The notes beneath the pieces were generated by a model. The model was not told the DNA's origin. It did no database searches and saw only the letters and a program-made list of their open reading frames with translations. From Octopus sinensis (Eukaryota): DNA of 64,000 nt. Position numbers and translations under genes: made by a program. Position 1 is the first letter of the stretch. The number at the start of each line of letters is the position of its first letter. The DNA lies in NCBI RefSeq assembly GCF_006345805.1, contig NC_043020.1, forward strand, positions 992,001 to 1,056,000, given 5' to 3'. Positions 25,244 to 36,829 of the stretch are shown here, in pieces.

Positions 25244-26746
25244 TGCGGGATGACGTCAGCAGCTGGGTGCGTTGACCGGAAGCTGGGGCAACCGTCAGGC
25301 GTGCGCAGGCAGCGGTGAATTCGGCCTTTCCAACATGGGTCGTCAAGGTGTCAAGACGTGTGAAGACGTCACTAAGGTTTGGGTGAGCAGCTGCTATCTT
25401 TAGTGTTCGGGTCGGGGCTGTGTCGAAGGATTAGTTACCACTGAAGGGTCTCCATCATGAGGATGGAGAAGGTAGGTGCCTTTATATTCGAATCACGCAC
25501 ACACAACAAGCTATTTCAGCGATTCTTAAACATTTACATTTCAACACGATTCGTCGCCATCATGTCTGCAAAAATTAGGATCGCCAGCAACGTCGTCAGA
25601 CCCTTTAATGGTGAAGGCGATGTAGTGGCCTGGATTCGCAAAATCAGGCTGGTGGCAAGACTGCAAGGTATAAGCGATGTGGCAAGTCTTATGGCGCTGT
25701 ATTTAGAAGGGAGCGCCTTAACGCTATACCTTGAGATGGACAAAGAGGAACGGCTCAGCGAGAAGAACATAGAGCGACGCTTGCGGGATGCCTACACTGC
25801 TTTTGCTAAGCTAGGTGCGATCAGATGGACAGGAGGACAAGTGGATGACTATGCCGCAGAAGTTAGAAGGTTAGCGACTCTGGCTGGGTTTGCGAGAGAA
25901 GGGCCGGAGAGAGCAGCCCGGCTGGCATTCGTGAATGGGTTCCCCGACGATGTAGGGATTCACCTACGACTACCCGGGATTAAAAGGATGGTGCTGAGCC
26001 AACATGTGGCTCAGGCCTGCGTGTTGACGCGACACTCTGGGCGGAAGGTGATAGCAGTGACGGAGGCGTGTAAAGAGGGAGGACGACCGGAGAAAGACGT
26101 ACAGAAGCTTACCATGCAACGAGAGTGGCCGTTCTCAGGACGGTGTTTTAGATGCCAGGGACCGCACATGGCGCGGGACTGTACGCAGCCGGGGCCCGTT
26201 TACATGAAAATAAGGGAGGAAGTTTGGGTTAAGCCACCAAAGGTGTGCTGTATGTCTCATTGGAGCAGAGGAACGCTGACGGCGGTCAATTCCAGAAACA
26301 ACGTATCCGTAGATGGAATGCCACGACGCGTCTTGGACCTTCGCAGGATTGTCGCTTCGACGGACAACGATTCTGGAGAGGGGGAGAACGAGGTGCCCAG
26401 CTTGAGAAGATCTCAATGCGCAAGGTGCTCTCCTGGTTGGATGGTGGACTACGACATGGAGCGGAGAGATTGTGATCTTTAAGATCAGGGTGGCATGTGG
26501 GATGACGTCAGCAGCTGGGTGCATTGACCGGAAGCTGGCGCAACCGGAAGGGGCTGCCGTCAGGCGTGTGCAGGCAGCGGTGAATCCGGCCTTTCCAACG
26601 TGGGTCGTCGCTAAGGTTTGGGTGAGCAGCTGCTATCTTTAGTGTTCGGGTCGGGGCTGTGTCGAAGGATTAGTTACCACTGAAGGGTCTCCATCAGGAG
26701 GAAGAGAAGGTAGGTGCCTTTATATTCGAATCGCGCACACACCACA
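25244..26746 (+). mobile_element. Complete 1.5-kb non-autonomous LTR element, gag-only, 5-bp TSD ATATC
   Basis: LTRs 25244-25508 and 26496-26746 (TG...CA); TSD 25239-25243 and 26747-26751; purine-rich tract before the 3' LTR; ORF with CFRCQGPHMARDC fused to an integrase C-terminal tail. Confidence 0.92.
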
Positions 26747-27609
26747 ATATCAACGAAAACAAAGTAATTTGACTTCGGATGAATCTGATATCGATATCAG
26801 TGATTACTCGTCGGACGAAGATTTCGATAACGAAAGTGATGAAAACGATATTGTAAGCAAGGCAACATGGTCGAAAATTACGACACCAGTCACAATTTCT
26901 GATTTTACAGAAAACACTGGTCCACAACAGAATTTACCTCCTGATGCTCAACCACTAGACTATCTGTTTTTATATTTTTGAAAATGTTGCGGAGGACACG
27001 AACAAATTATGTGCAACATTTAATTTCTGTTTGAGGAAGAAACGATCCGCTATGGCAGCCAACTAACACTGCGGAAATGAGAGCATTTTTTACGATCAAC
27101 ATTATGTTTGGAGTTAAACAGCGTCCTTGACTGTGGAACTATTGGAGATCCATATATTTCGACCATCATGTCGAAGACGAGGTATTCGAAAATATCTCAG
27201 TATTTACATTTGACTGATTCTTCCAATGCCCCCAACAAAAACGACCCAAACTACGATCCCCTGTACAAAGTACGTCCGGTAATTGATTTACTTGTAAATA
27301 ATTATAAAACTATTTATTCACCTGGAAAAAAAAATCTCAGTGTAGATGAAGCCATGATAGGATTTAAGGGCAGAGTACATTTTCGGCAGTACATGCCTGC
27401 CAAACCTACTAAATGGGGGATCAAGGTATGGGAAGTTTGTGAATCGGAGACGGGATACTGTGTAAACTTCGGTGTTTACACAGGTAAGAAATATAATGGG
27501 AAAAGACCGCATGGATTGGGACATGATGATGTATGGCCCCTTACACAACCTTTCCACCATCAGCATCGACACCTCTATTTCGACGGTTTTTTTTTTCTTC
27601 AGTGGCTTT

Positions 27610-28200
27610 TAAGGCAATTAAGGGTATGAAACCAGGTAAAGCCCCCCGGCCCATCAGGAATCACTGCTGAGATGCTTAAAACAGCTGGCTATGTGGGCTA
27701 TGGCCTAGTCACCCGCATTGTAAACCAGGTAGTTCATAATAGAGTCATACCCAATGACTGGCGTAGCTGCACCATAGTCAACTGCTACAAGGGTAAGGGT
27801 GATGCTCTAGATAGAAATAACTACAGGGGTATTAAACTGTTGGATCAGGTGATGAAGGTCACAGAGAGGGTCATAATCCATCTCATTAGGGAGAGAATTT
27901 GCTTAGATGAGATGCAGTTCAGTTTTGTGCCGGGTAGAAGCACTACTGATGCTATATTCCTGGCCTGACAACTGCAGGAGAAGTACCTAGCTAAAGATAA
28001 ACTCCTCTACATAGCTTTTGTGGACTTGGAGAAAGCCTTCAATCTTGGTGGTCGATGCGGAAACTGGAGATTGACGAATGGCTAATAAGGGCTGTACAGG
28101 CCCTATACAGAGAGGCCGTCAGCAAGGTTAGGATTGGCAACGAATATAGTGAAGAATTCCGGGTAGAAGTAGGGGTACACCAAGGCTCAGCCCTCAGATT
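27610..28200 (+). mobile_element. RTE LINE RT fragment with no 3' tail
   Basis: GKAPGPSGITAEMLK, CYKGKGDALDRNNYRGIKL, FVDLEKAF, VGVHQGSAL. Confidence 0.92.
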
Positions 28201-28489
28201 CTATTTCTGTCTTCTAACGAACAACCTGGTGTTGGGGTTGAGGGGAAACCCCTCGTGAATATTTGTTACAACAAATATATGAGTGGGGTAGATAAATCCG
28301 ACCAATATCGGGCATATTACCCAGTTGGTCGACCTGGGAAGAAATGGTGGAGGTACATTTTGTGGTTTTTAGTTAATTTAACTATAGTAAATGCACACAT
28401 TGTTTACGTAAAAAGCCACAAAGTACCTCCGCCACCGAAAGACTACGACCACTTGAAATTTCGGGTTGACAAACCCAACAATGAACAAC

Positions 28490-28880
28490 AACCACCTTTA
28501 ATGGTGAAGGCGATGTAGTGGCCTGGATTCGCAAAATCAGGCTGGTGGCAAGACTGCAAGGTATAAGCGATGTGGCAAGTCTCATGGCGCTGTATTTAGA
28601 AGGGAGCGCCTTAACGCTATACCTTGAGATGGACAAAGAGGAACGGCTCAGTGAGGAGAACTTAGAGCGACGCTTGCGGGATGCCTACACAGAATGTGAA
28701 TACACAGCTTTTGCTAAGCTAGGTGCGATCAGATGGACAGGAGGACAAGTGGATGACTATGCAGCAGAGGTTAGAAGGTTAGCGACTCTGGCTGGGTTTG
28801 CGGGAGAAGGGCTGGAGAGAGCAGCCTGGCTGGCGTTCGTGAATGGGTTCCCCGACGATGTAGGGAATCACCTTCAACGA
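28490..28880 (+). mobile_element. Fragment of the gag-only LTR family (copy C)
   Basis: Near-identical to 25600-25970. Confidence 0.9.
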
Positions 28881-29435
28881 TTTCATCTTAAAACAAGAAT
28901 GAATCAGTAACGATTTGAACACTCCGTGCCCTACACTAAAGTCAGCATTCACAAACAAGCCGAACAACAACCAGCGCACACCAAACGAAACACACCAGGA
29001 CATCATATGTACACAAATCAATCTAACAAAAAGAAAGACAGAAAACATTTGGAATTTTTTTATCATGTTCCAGAAAGCGAGTTTTCTATTGTGCAGGTTT
29101 GTATTCCAACAAAGCAGATATATACGAGGGATGGATATGAACCCAACACCAATTATCCTCCCACGCAAATTCCAGATCAAAGTAATACCCAACGAACCTG
29201 ACGGACAGAGAACTATTAGGGAAAGGTCAGCTCTATTCAATCTAAAATCAGAGATAGAATTACTAAGACTTAGGGCCTCCACAAATGAGGAAAAATATAA
29301 AAGCATCGACGAGGAGATGCACAATATAATACTAAAACATACCGAGGGACAACCCCTCGAAAATACATTAGATCATTGGAAGGATACTTGTGAAAAAGAA
29401 GAGAGAAATTCTCTCCTATGCTGGGAAAAAAAGTG
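28880..29435 (+). mobile_element. Penelope family A N-terminal domain fragment
   Basis: PIILPRKFQI...KYKSIDEEM...WKDTCEKEE aligns with 35230-35620. Confidence 0.7.
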
Positions 29436-30605
29436 TAGTGATGCTACTGTGTAGGGTTCGGCGCGCATGCGCAGAATGGGACTACTTCCGGGTGGCCACC
29501 GGAAGTCTTCCCCATGCGCATGTGCGGGAAAACGTCCCCCGAGCCCGCGAACCTCAAATCTCTGTCTTCGGCTAAGACAGCATTGCGATCGGTCACGAAT
29601 TCTCGGCTCTGACCGCCACACAACCAGCAACCAACTTCAACGACCAACACGAAGCAGTATATCAGAGGCTGTCTTTCCCCCACCAGACAACGTACTACAC
29701 TGAAATCAATAAACCAAACTACTGTCTGTTCACCCTTTTAACCCGAGTTCGTCTGTATTGTTTTCTGGAAGAATTTTATATGTGACTAGAAAGGATCTCG
29801 ACACCCTTCAAGTGCTTCGATAATAGATCCTTTCACGTTACAATTGGTGACCCCGACGTGAAAAAAAAAAAAAAGAACAGGATAGAAGACACAGCGAACA
29901 GGTTTTTTTTGCCGGAGAGCGCGGAAAATTCATATTTATTTTCATTTTTTTTTTTCTCTTTTTCAGCACGGCGAGGTGGGTCAAATAACATTATTCATCG
30001 CACTCAGTACACAAAACAACAAAAAAAAAACAGAAAAAAAAAGAAAACACACATTCATTTTTCCTTTTCTGTATTTTGTTTTCCTTGTACACACACTTAT
30101 TTTTTTTTGCTACCCACGAGGTGCACACACAAAACGCAATTTTGATTTGCTTTGTCGGTTCCACATATTCTCTCTCCATTTCTCGACCATACTCTCTGCC
30201 CCCTTCTCACAGATTCCTTCCGACAAAGGCATGGCTTCAGGTTTGCCTTCATTCACGGGGGATGCGGGGCTGTGGTTTGCACAGGTGGAATCACACTTTG
30301 CCGCGCATACCATTCCTCCACAACAGCAGTTACATCTACTGTATTCAAGTTTGCCCTTCCGGCTCGCAACATCGGTCAGGGATCTCATTGTGAGTCCCCA
30401 TCCTGACGCCACATATGCGTCAGTAAAGGCGGAAATCCTCCGTCGCAATACGCGCTCAGAAGAAAGTCAGTTTAATGAGCTGATGGCCGACGAGCAGTTA
30501 GGGGACAGAACTCCATCCCAGTTTCTGCGCCATCTAAGGGAGCTAAGCGGCAACGCAGCAAACGCGCCGCTCTTACGTAAAATATTTTTTTCAAGGCTGC
30601 CTGCA
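29434..30605 (+). mobile_element. Gypsy 5' LTR (to 29842), tRNA-Trp PBS, partial gag
   Basis: ...GTTACA then TGGTGACCCCGACGTGA (complement of the tRNA-Trp 3' end); gag LWFAQVESHF..LGDRTPSQFLRHL. Confidence 0.9.
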
Positions 30606-31420
30606 GAGTCGGTTGCGGTCTGCCTGTGCATTTACAAGATCTGTTCGCACGGAGTCGCCAGTGCTGAGATGGTGCTCAGGTGTTGAGGAAGCCACTGGTG
30701 AAGTATGCTGACGTGTTCTCTGCGGGGGATCGAGACCTCGGTTGCACGAACCTGGTGGAGCACCATATCGACATGGGTGGCCATCGCCCAATCAAGCAGC
30801 CAGCGCGGAGGATGGCCCCAGTTCAGCCACAGGAAATGGAAGAAGTGATGGAGGAATACCAACAACAGGGAATAGTGGAAAGATCGAACAGCCCCTGGTC
30901 GTCAGCCATTGTTTTAGTGCGGAAGAAAGACGGCACGGCGAGATGCTGCGTGGACTACCGAGCGCTCAATGAAGTGACGGTCAAGGATGCGCATCCTTTG
31001 CCGAGGATCGACGACACGCTTGATACTTTAGCGGGGGCTTGGTGGTTCTCTACCTTGGACATGAAGGCCGGGTACCATCAAATCAAGGTTGCTGAGAAAT
31101 ATAGGGAGAAGACCGCATTTTCGTACGGACGGGGTTTGTGGCAGTTCAGCGTGATGCCGTTCGGCTTGTGTAATGCCCCTGCGACTTTCGAGCGTCTGAT
31201 GGACCGAGTCCTGGAGGGCCTACACTGGCAGGCCGCCCTCATCTATCTTGATGACGTCATAGTGTTTGGCTGAACATTTGATCAAGAGCTGGAGAGGTTA
31301 TCAGGGGTATTCGAGAGGTTTCGAACTGCAAACCTCAAGTTGAATCCAAAGAAGTGCAGTCTGTTCCAGAAAGAAGTAGATACTTGGGACATTGTAGGCG
31401 AAGACGGTGTCTGTACCGAC

Positions 31421-31861
31421 ACACAGAACAAACAAAGGCCCCAGACCTACTTTTTATGTGTTGTGAGGAAGGGGGACACCGAGGACGCAAAAAGGATTTT
31501 TCAGGATGATGTATGGCAAGAGTATGAAGACGGTAGCTACGCGGTGTTTGATTCTGAACTTATGGACTCATTGACGAACAAGTGTAACGAATTGTGTATA
31601 AATTGTTTGACAGCGTATATGAAGGATGATATGATAGAGAGGTATGAAAGAGAAATGAAGGGTGAGGTAAAAAAGTTTGGAATTGTGATGGGAAACGGAC
31701 AGGTAAGTGATGCTGGCGGAGGGGGCCGTTAGCATCGCTTTCATATTATCATTTTTTTCATTTTAACATTCATTTACTCATAATTTTAATCATATTGTTT
31801 TATATCCCCCATGTCTTGTAATGTTCCCTCTTCGTCGCCCCTAGTGGGTAATAAAGAAATA
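31421..31861 (+). mobile_element. 5'-truncated non-LTR insertion (Tx1-like 3' end) with a 15-bp TSD
   Basis: GGTGTCTGTACCGAC at 31406-31420 and 31862-31876; ends GGGTAATAAAGAAATA like 9202-11850; excision restores Gypsy DGVCTDPEKV. Confidence 0.8.
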
Positions 31862-32104
31862 GGTGTCTGTACCGACCCAGAGAAGGTGGCCGCCGTGAAG
31901 GATTGGCCAGTCCCTGCTTGTGTGAGGGAGTTGAGGAGTTTCCCCGGGCTGTGCACCTACTATAGGCACTTTGTGAAGGACTTTGCTGCAGTGGCCGTGC
32001 TGTTGCACAAACTACTGGGGAAGAGCCAAAGGTTCGAGTGGACTGCCATAACACAGCGTGCTTTTGACAAACTCAAGCAAGTGCTGTTGAGTTCCCCTGT
32101 GCTG

Positions 32105-32212
32105 CCATGCTTTCTCTCCAGAATGCATTTCCTTGTGTTCTTTGAATATACTAGAGTCAGAAAATGTCTTTCCGAAATCCTTGCTCTGGAATGCTTTCTC
32201 CCCAGAATGCAT
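32105..32212 (-). pseudogene. Degenerate single C2H2 zinc finger fragment
   Basis: MHSGEKAFQSKDFGKTFSDSSIFKEHKEMHSGEKA; both HSGEK linkers kept, Cys codons mutated. Confidence 0.75.
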
Positions 32213-32534
32213 AAGCTGCAGAGTCCTTGGGAGGGGCCTTACATGGTGGTGAATCACCTGTCCGATGTGAAGTACAGGATTAAGGGAGGCAGGAGGTCTT
32301 CCCCGAAAATTATACATGCGAACCGTCTGTGGAGGTACCATGGGCCTGGCCGGTTCAGCTGGAGCACACCTTCGGCAGTTGGGAGCACCTGTTGAGAAGG
32401 TCGTTTGGAGATACGACTGTAGTGTGCTTCTGTCGGGTCGACTAGAAGCTTAAAGAGGGGGTAGTGTTACAGAGGAAAATAAACAGAAAAACATCGTGCC
32501 CCTTGTTCCGTTGGTTGGAGTTGAACCAGCGCTC

Positions 32535-32661
32535 AAAATCCCCTCACTGAATGATCTTAAACTTAGACCGATAATAGCAGGCCCAGCATGTGAAACCCAC
32601 CGCCTCAGCAACTTCTTAGACACACTGCTGAAACCTTTCCTTAAACACATCAAAAGCTACA
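32535..32661 (+). mobile_element. 127-bp Penelope family A RT snippet between about 73-bp direct repeats
   Basis: Close match to 4692-4820; repeats at 32462-32534 and 32662-32734. Confidence 0.85.
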
Positions 32662-33259
32662 TAATGCTACGGAGGTAAATAAACAGAAAAACATTGTGTC
32701 CCTTGTTCCGTTGGTTGGAGTTGAACCGGCGCTCCAGTTGTTAAGAAATTCCTAAATTCTAGTAATAAAATATTTATTAGGCGAAATACATTTTCGAACC
32801 ACCCAATATTTGGTAAATTTATAATACGAGATGAACACGTGAGAAAAAAAATGTGCTTAATTAGACGAAATAGCCCGCACCTAAATAATACTCACCCTGC
32901 CCTAATTACCCAACGAAACTAAGCAATCTACCACAAGCAAACCTCTACCCAACGAATTTACCAGTACAAGAACAAAACCGCATGGGCACGAGACAAAAAT
33001 CCCTCGCAGAAGGAGGACAAAAGGAAAGATACCATAGAAGGAAAAATGGCACACTGACTACTCCCGAAAGACGATATGCGGATGTAATGCGTGGTCTAAA
33101 AAAGATACTGCATGGCTCAACAAATGGTCAGCTTCATTCAGATGCGAGAAGGGCAGCAGCTGAACAGCAATCTTTTTTAGAAGAGCAAAACCAAATCCAC
33201 AATTCAGACCTGCAACTAAGGGAAGCAATGGCACTTGTCCAGGCCCCAACATTCATAGG

Positions 33260-34280
33260 AATTTTCTAACAAATTTAAACTTGCCAAGGAATTTCATGGC
33301 AAGCACATGGATGACGAATCAATAGCTAGAAACAACAGCGATTACACCTCTACCAAGGAAAAGAATAAAGCCTTAGACCGCTTTTGCGACCACATAACCA
33401 ATTTCTCTTTTCAACTCACAAATAAGCAAAAATACAGACCAAACCTCAACAAAAGAGAATGGAACGACCTCATCAAACTAAAAGAAATTAAAACCATAAC
33501 AATCAAGGAGGCAGATAAGGGCAATGCGGTAGTATTAATGAACACAAATGATTATAAAAATTGAGTACTACCTAGAAAAACTACCATTTCTAGACATCTG
33601 CGCCTTCTTTTGCCAACCTAGTAATGGGATACCTTGAAATAATACTTTACCAGAAAACACTCAAGAAATATGGAAACTCTTTCTCCACCTATATCCAGAA
33701 CAACTGGAAAAGATATCTCGACGACTGTTTCAATCTCTGGGATGAGAGTATAGAAAAACTTGAATTTAAAATTCTACTAAATGGAATTAATGGAAACATT
33801 CAATTCACAATAGAACATAACCTAGAAAAGACTACCATTTCTAGACATCCGCATTAAGAAAGTTGGGAACAAAATAGAGACGGTTATCTATTATAAACCG
33901 ACAGATTTATAAACTATTATAAAATATTATAAGCCAAAAGACCCAACTCATTACATACCACCCAAGAATGAATATCTCTTTCTGCTTAGCCAGAAGGATT
34001 TGCACCATAGTATCAGGCAGAAACACACGTCCCCAGGAACTCAGAACTACACTCATAAATAGGAATTATCCACAGCCCCTAATAGACAATACAATCCAAC
34101 AAGCACTTAAATTAAATATAGAAGACCCAAGACAACCAAAACCAAAAAAGGAAGAAAACTTAAAATCCCTACCCTACATCTCTACACACAACCCACTTAA
34201 CAATGAGGCCTTCAACACCATACTCCAAAGTACAGCGCTACTCAAGGGAGACTCAAAAATGAACCGAATCCTCCAAGATC
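33260..34280 (+). mobile_element. Penelope family A, deleted and scrambled RT fragment
   Basis: IKEADKGNAVV, RYLDDCF, YPQPLID, STHNPLNNEAF; close to 4835-5760. Confidence 0.88.
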
Positions 34281-34289
34281 AGCAATCAT

Positions 34290-35200
34290 CTATGGTAAAG
34301 CTGAATCCACCTGTGATACAGGCATAAACCACTGAAAAGAAGACATAAATTTTGTTTCCGTTTTAGTTGGAGAATTGTTCTCTGTCAACGAAAATGTCAG
34401 TATCCATAAGGTCGCTCGGCTAGGAAGATTACAAGCGAACCCAACCGCAGATACTAGACCACGCCCAATAAGGGTAATCTTTTCTTCTGATCGGGAGGCT
34501 TCAGTCTTTCTGAACAGAGCTGAGACGCATGCCTGGGAGGACCCCAATATGGGTTTTCACGAGGAATACTCACTAAGAGAGAGAATTCGCCGGAGGAACC
34601 TGATATCCGAGCTAAAGATGAGGAAACAAATGGGAGAGAAGGGTTTACGAATCCAAGATGGACAGATAATCAAGCCCTACCTCTGGTCACATGCTGTAGT
34701 GCTGACAGGGAAAGTGAATTGCGGGCGAATCAAAGTAAAGTAGATACCCCCGACAACGGTGCTATCTCCGATACCCCTTAGTCTGCTTGTTCCCCAATTC
34801 CCGCCACTCAAACTTCACAGCTCAGCATCGTCTATACCAACTCGTGCTCCTTATTTCCAAAGCTCAGTGAACTATTTACACTGGCCATACGTGACTCCCC
34901 TGATGTGATAGCTATCACCGAGACTTGGCTGACTCCAGCAGTAAAGGACTCAGAAATCCACCTACAGGGCTATGCCCTCTTCAGATGTGACAGAGAAAAA
35001 AGGCAAGGTGGGTGTTGCTGTGTATGTTAAATCTGATCCCAAACCGTCCAGCGGTATTCTACCCACTAATGCTCAACCTACAACGAAATTTGATGCCGTC
35101 TATTGCAAGCTGAGCCTATCCGGGTTTTGCCTGCCCGTGTTAGCTGTCTACAGACCACCTCTTGCCGACCTCTGGGTCTCTAATCTGTTGTCGGTGTACA
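34290..35200 (+). mobile_element. CR1/L2-type LINE: ORF1 C-terminus plus APE start
   Basis: RLGR..RPRPIRVIF..ERIRRRNLISELKMR..GEKGLRI; YTNSCSL..IAITETWL..RCDR..GGVAVYV..VYRPP. Confidence 0.82.
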
Positions 35201-35214
35201 CGTGAGCGTTCTGA

Positions 35215-36800
35215 AATACATTCGAAATGGATATCTTTAGCGGCACCCATACTTCCTCGGAAGTACCTAATTAATGAAATTGCAGGAGAACCAGAGGAAG
35301 AAACAAAACTTCGATAGGATCTTAGTTTGATAAAATTCAGGACCGACATCTCCATTACCCTGTCTAAACAATCCCACTACAAAGCCAAATACGAAGCTAT
35401 CGATGATCAAATCATAGACGAAATATCCAAACTAACGACCGGCAATATAGCAGAAAAAATGCGAGAACTATGGACCAGAGATATCTCAAAAGAAGAAAGC
35501 AGATCAAGAAAGTTTTGGCAGCGGAAACAATTATTTCTCGACAAATATGCTACAAATTACGGTAAAGACACTTCTACGGCTTACCAAAAATACATAAATC
35601 AAAAGATATTCAACAGGCAATAAAAGAACAAGAAAGTGAGTACATAAAATTACTACATCCAAAAGACCCAAAACTTAGACCAATTATAGCTGCTCCAGCA
35701 TGTCCTACCCACCGTCTAAGCAATTTTATTGACATTGTTTTGAAACCACTATGTACTTACATACCAAGTTTCATCAGGGATGACATTGACTTCTTGTCCC
35801 ATCTTCCCAAAACAACAGAAACAAATTCGGTTTTACTAAGTTTTGATGTGGTAAGCCTCTACACCAATATTCCACACGATTTAGGAATAAAGGCGATTAA
35901 ATACTGGTTAGAAAAACATAGAGAAGTGATTCCCAGCAGATTCACAGTGCCATTTATATTAGACACAGTCAAACTTATTCTAGAAAACAACACATTCTTC
36001 TTCATGGAAAGAATTACATCCAAATTAGAGGCACGGCGATGGGAACGAGGTTTGTTCCCGTTTACGCCAACTTTGTAATGGGATACTTAGAACAACTCGA
36101 CCAAGAGGTGGAGGTAAACTATGGCACTGGATTTAGAAAGTATATTGAAAAGGCATGGAAGAGATACCTTGACGACTGCTTCATAATCTGGACAGAATCT
36201 CTAAATACTCTGGAAGAGTTCAATATCCTCCTGAACAACCTACACCCATCTCTCCAATTTACAAAGGAGATGAGTAGTACCAAATTACCATTCCTAGATA
36301 TAATGGTAATCAAAAAGGACACCACCAACACCACAGATATATACTATAAACACAGACACACATCAATACCTGAATTTTAAGTCGTGCCATCCACCACATA
36401 CAAAACGCAACATCCCATACTGCCTAGCCAGAAGAATTTGTACCATTGTAGAAGATGCAAATGTCAGGAACAAACGCCTAACAGAACTAAGAGAATTTTT
36501 GCTCAAACAAAAATACCCATCTCTACTTATAGAAAATGGCACACAGCGGGCTATAAAAATACCCAGACAACTTAGGACAACCCAAGGAATAGGAAAACAA
36601 GAACAAGTCATACCATTCATAGTGACACACAACCCATGTCACCAGAATATCTTCAACATTGCCAAAGCAAACCTACCAATCATTGCTCAAAGTAATGAAT
36701 TAAAAGATGTAATCACGGATCGAGCTATGGTTCTTAGTAAAAGACAGCCTAAAAACTTGAAAAAAATTACTAACAAAGGCAAAAATTTGACCTTAGCAAC
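35215..36800 (+). mobile_element. Penelope family A (third subfamily), N-terminus, RT and thumb
   Basis: LRPIIAAP, SFDVVSLYTNIP, RYLDD, LPFLDIMV, SCHPPH..RNIPY.LARRI. Confidence 0.9.
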
Positions 36801-36829
36801 AAAGACCAAACATTCACTGTATCTAAATG

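Larger units (their letters stand above)
25180..28470 (+). mobile_element. piggyBac transposase interrupted by an LTR element and an RTE fragment
   Basis: Removing 25244-26751 restores MASASSDSDFEGFTIDDIEDINENKV..SDESD; LSVDEAMI, KWGIKVW, YFDGFF, YNKYMSGVD. Confidence 0.9.
30610..32400 (+). mobile_element. Gypsy pol remnant (RT, RNase H start, integrase tail), probably a different lineage from the preceding gag
   Basis: SPWSSAIVLVRKKDG, LPRIDDTLD, MPFGLCNAPATF, YLDDVIV, TDPEKVAAV, KLQSPWEGPY. Confidence 0.92.

Noticed and set aside
25244-25253. Microhomology join between piggyBac and LTR
   Set aside because: The ATATC duplication on both sides and the restored piggyBac frame show a normal integrase-mediated insertion.
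31421-31732. Unknown 100-aa frame as an endogenous viral gene or host exon (it ends near a GTAAGT)
   Set aside because: A flanking 15-bp TSD and a Tx1-type 3' tail explain it as a truncated retroposon. No viral motif was recognised here or elsewhere in the window.
32462-32734. CRISPR-like repeat-spacer-repeat
   Set aside because: Only two long diverged repeats, eukaryotic context and no cas genes; kept only as a structural oddity.
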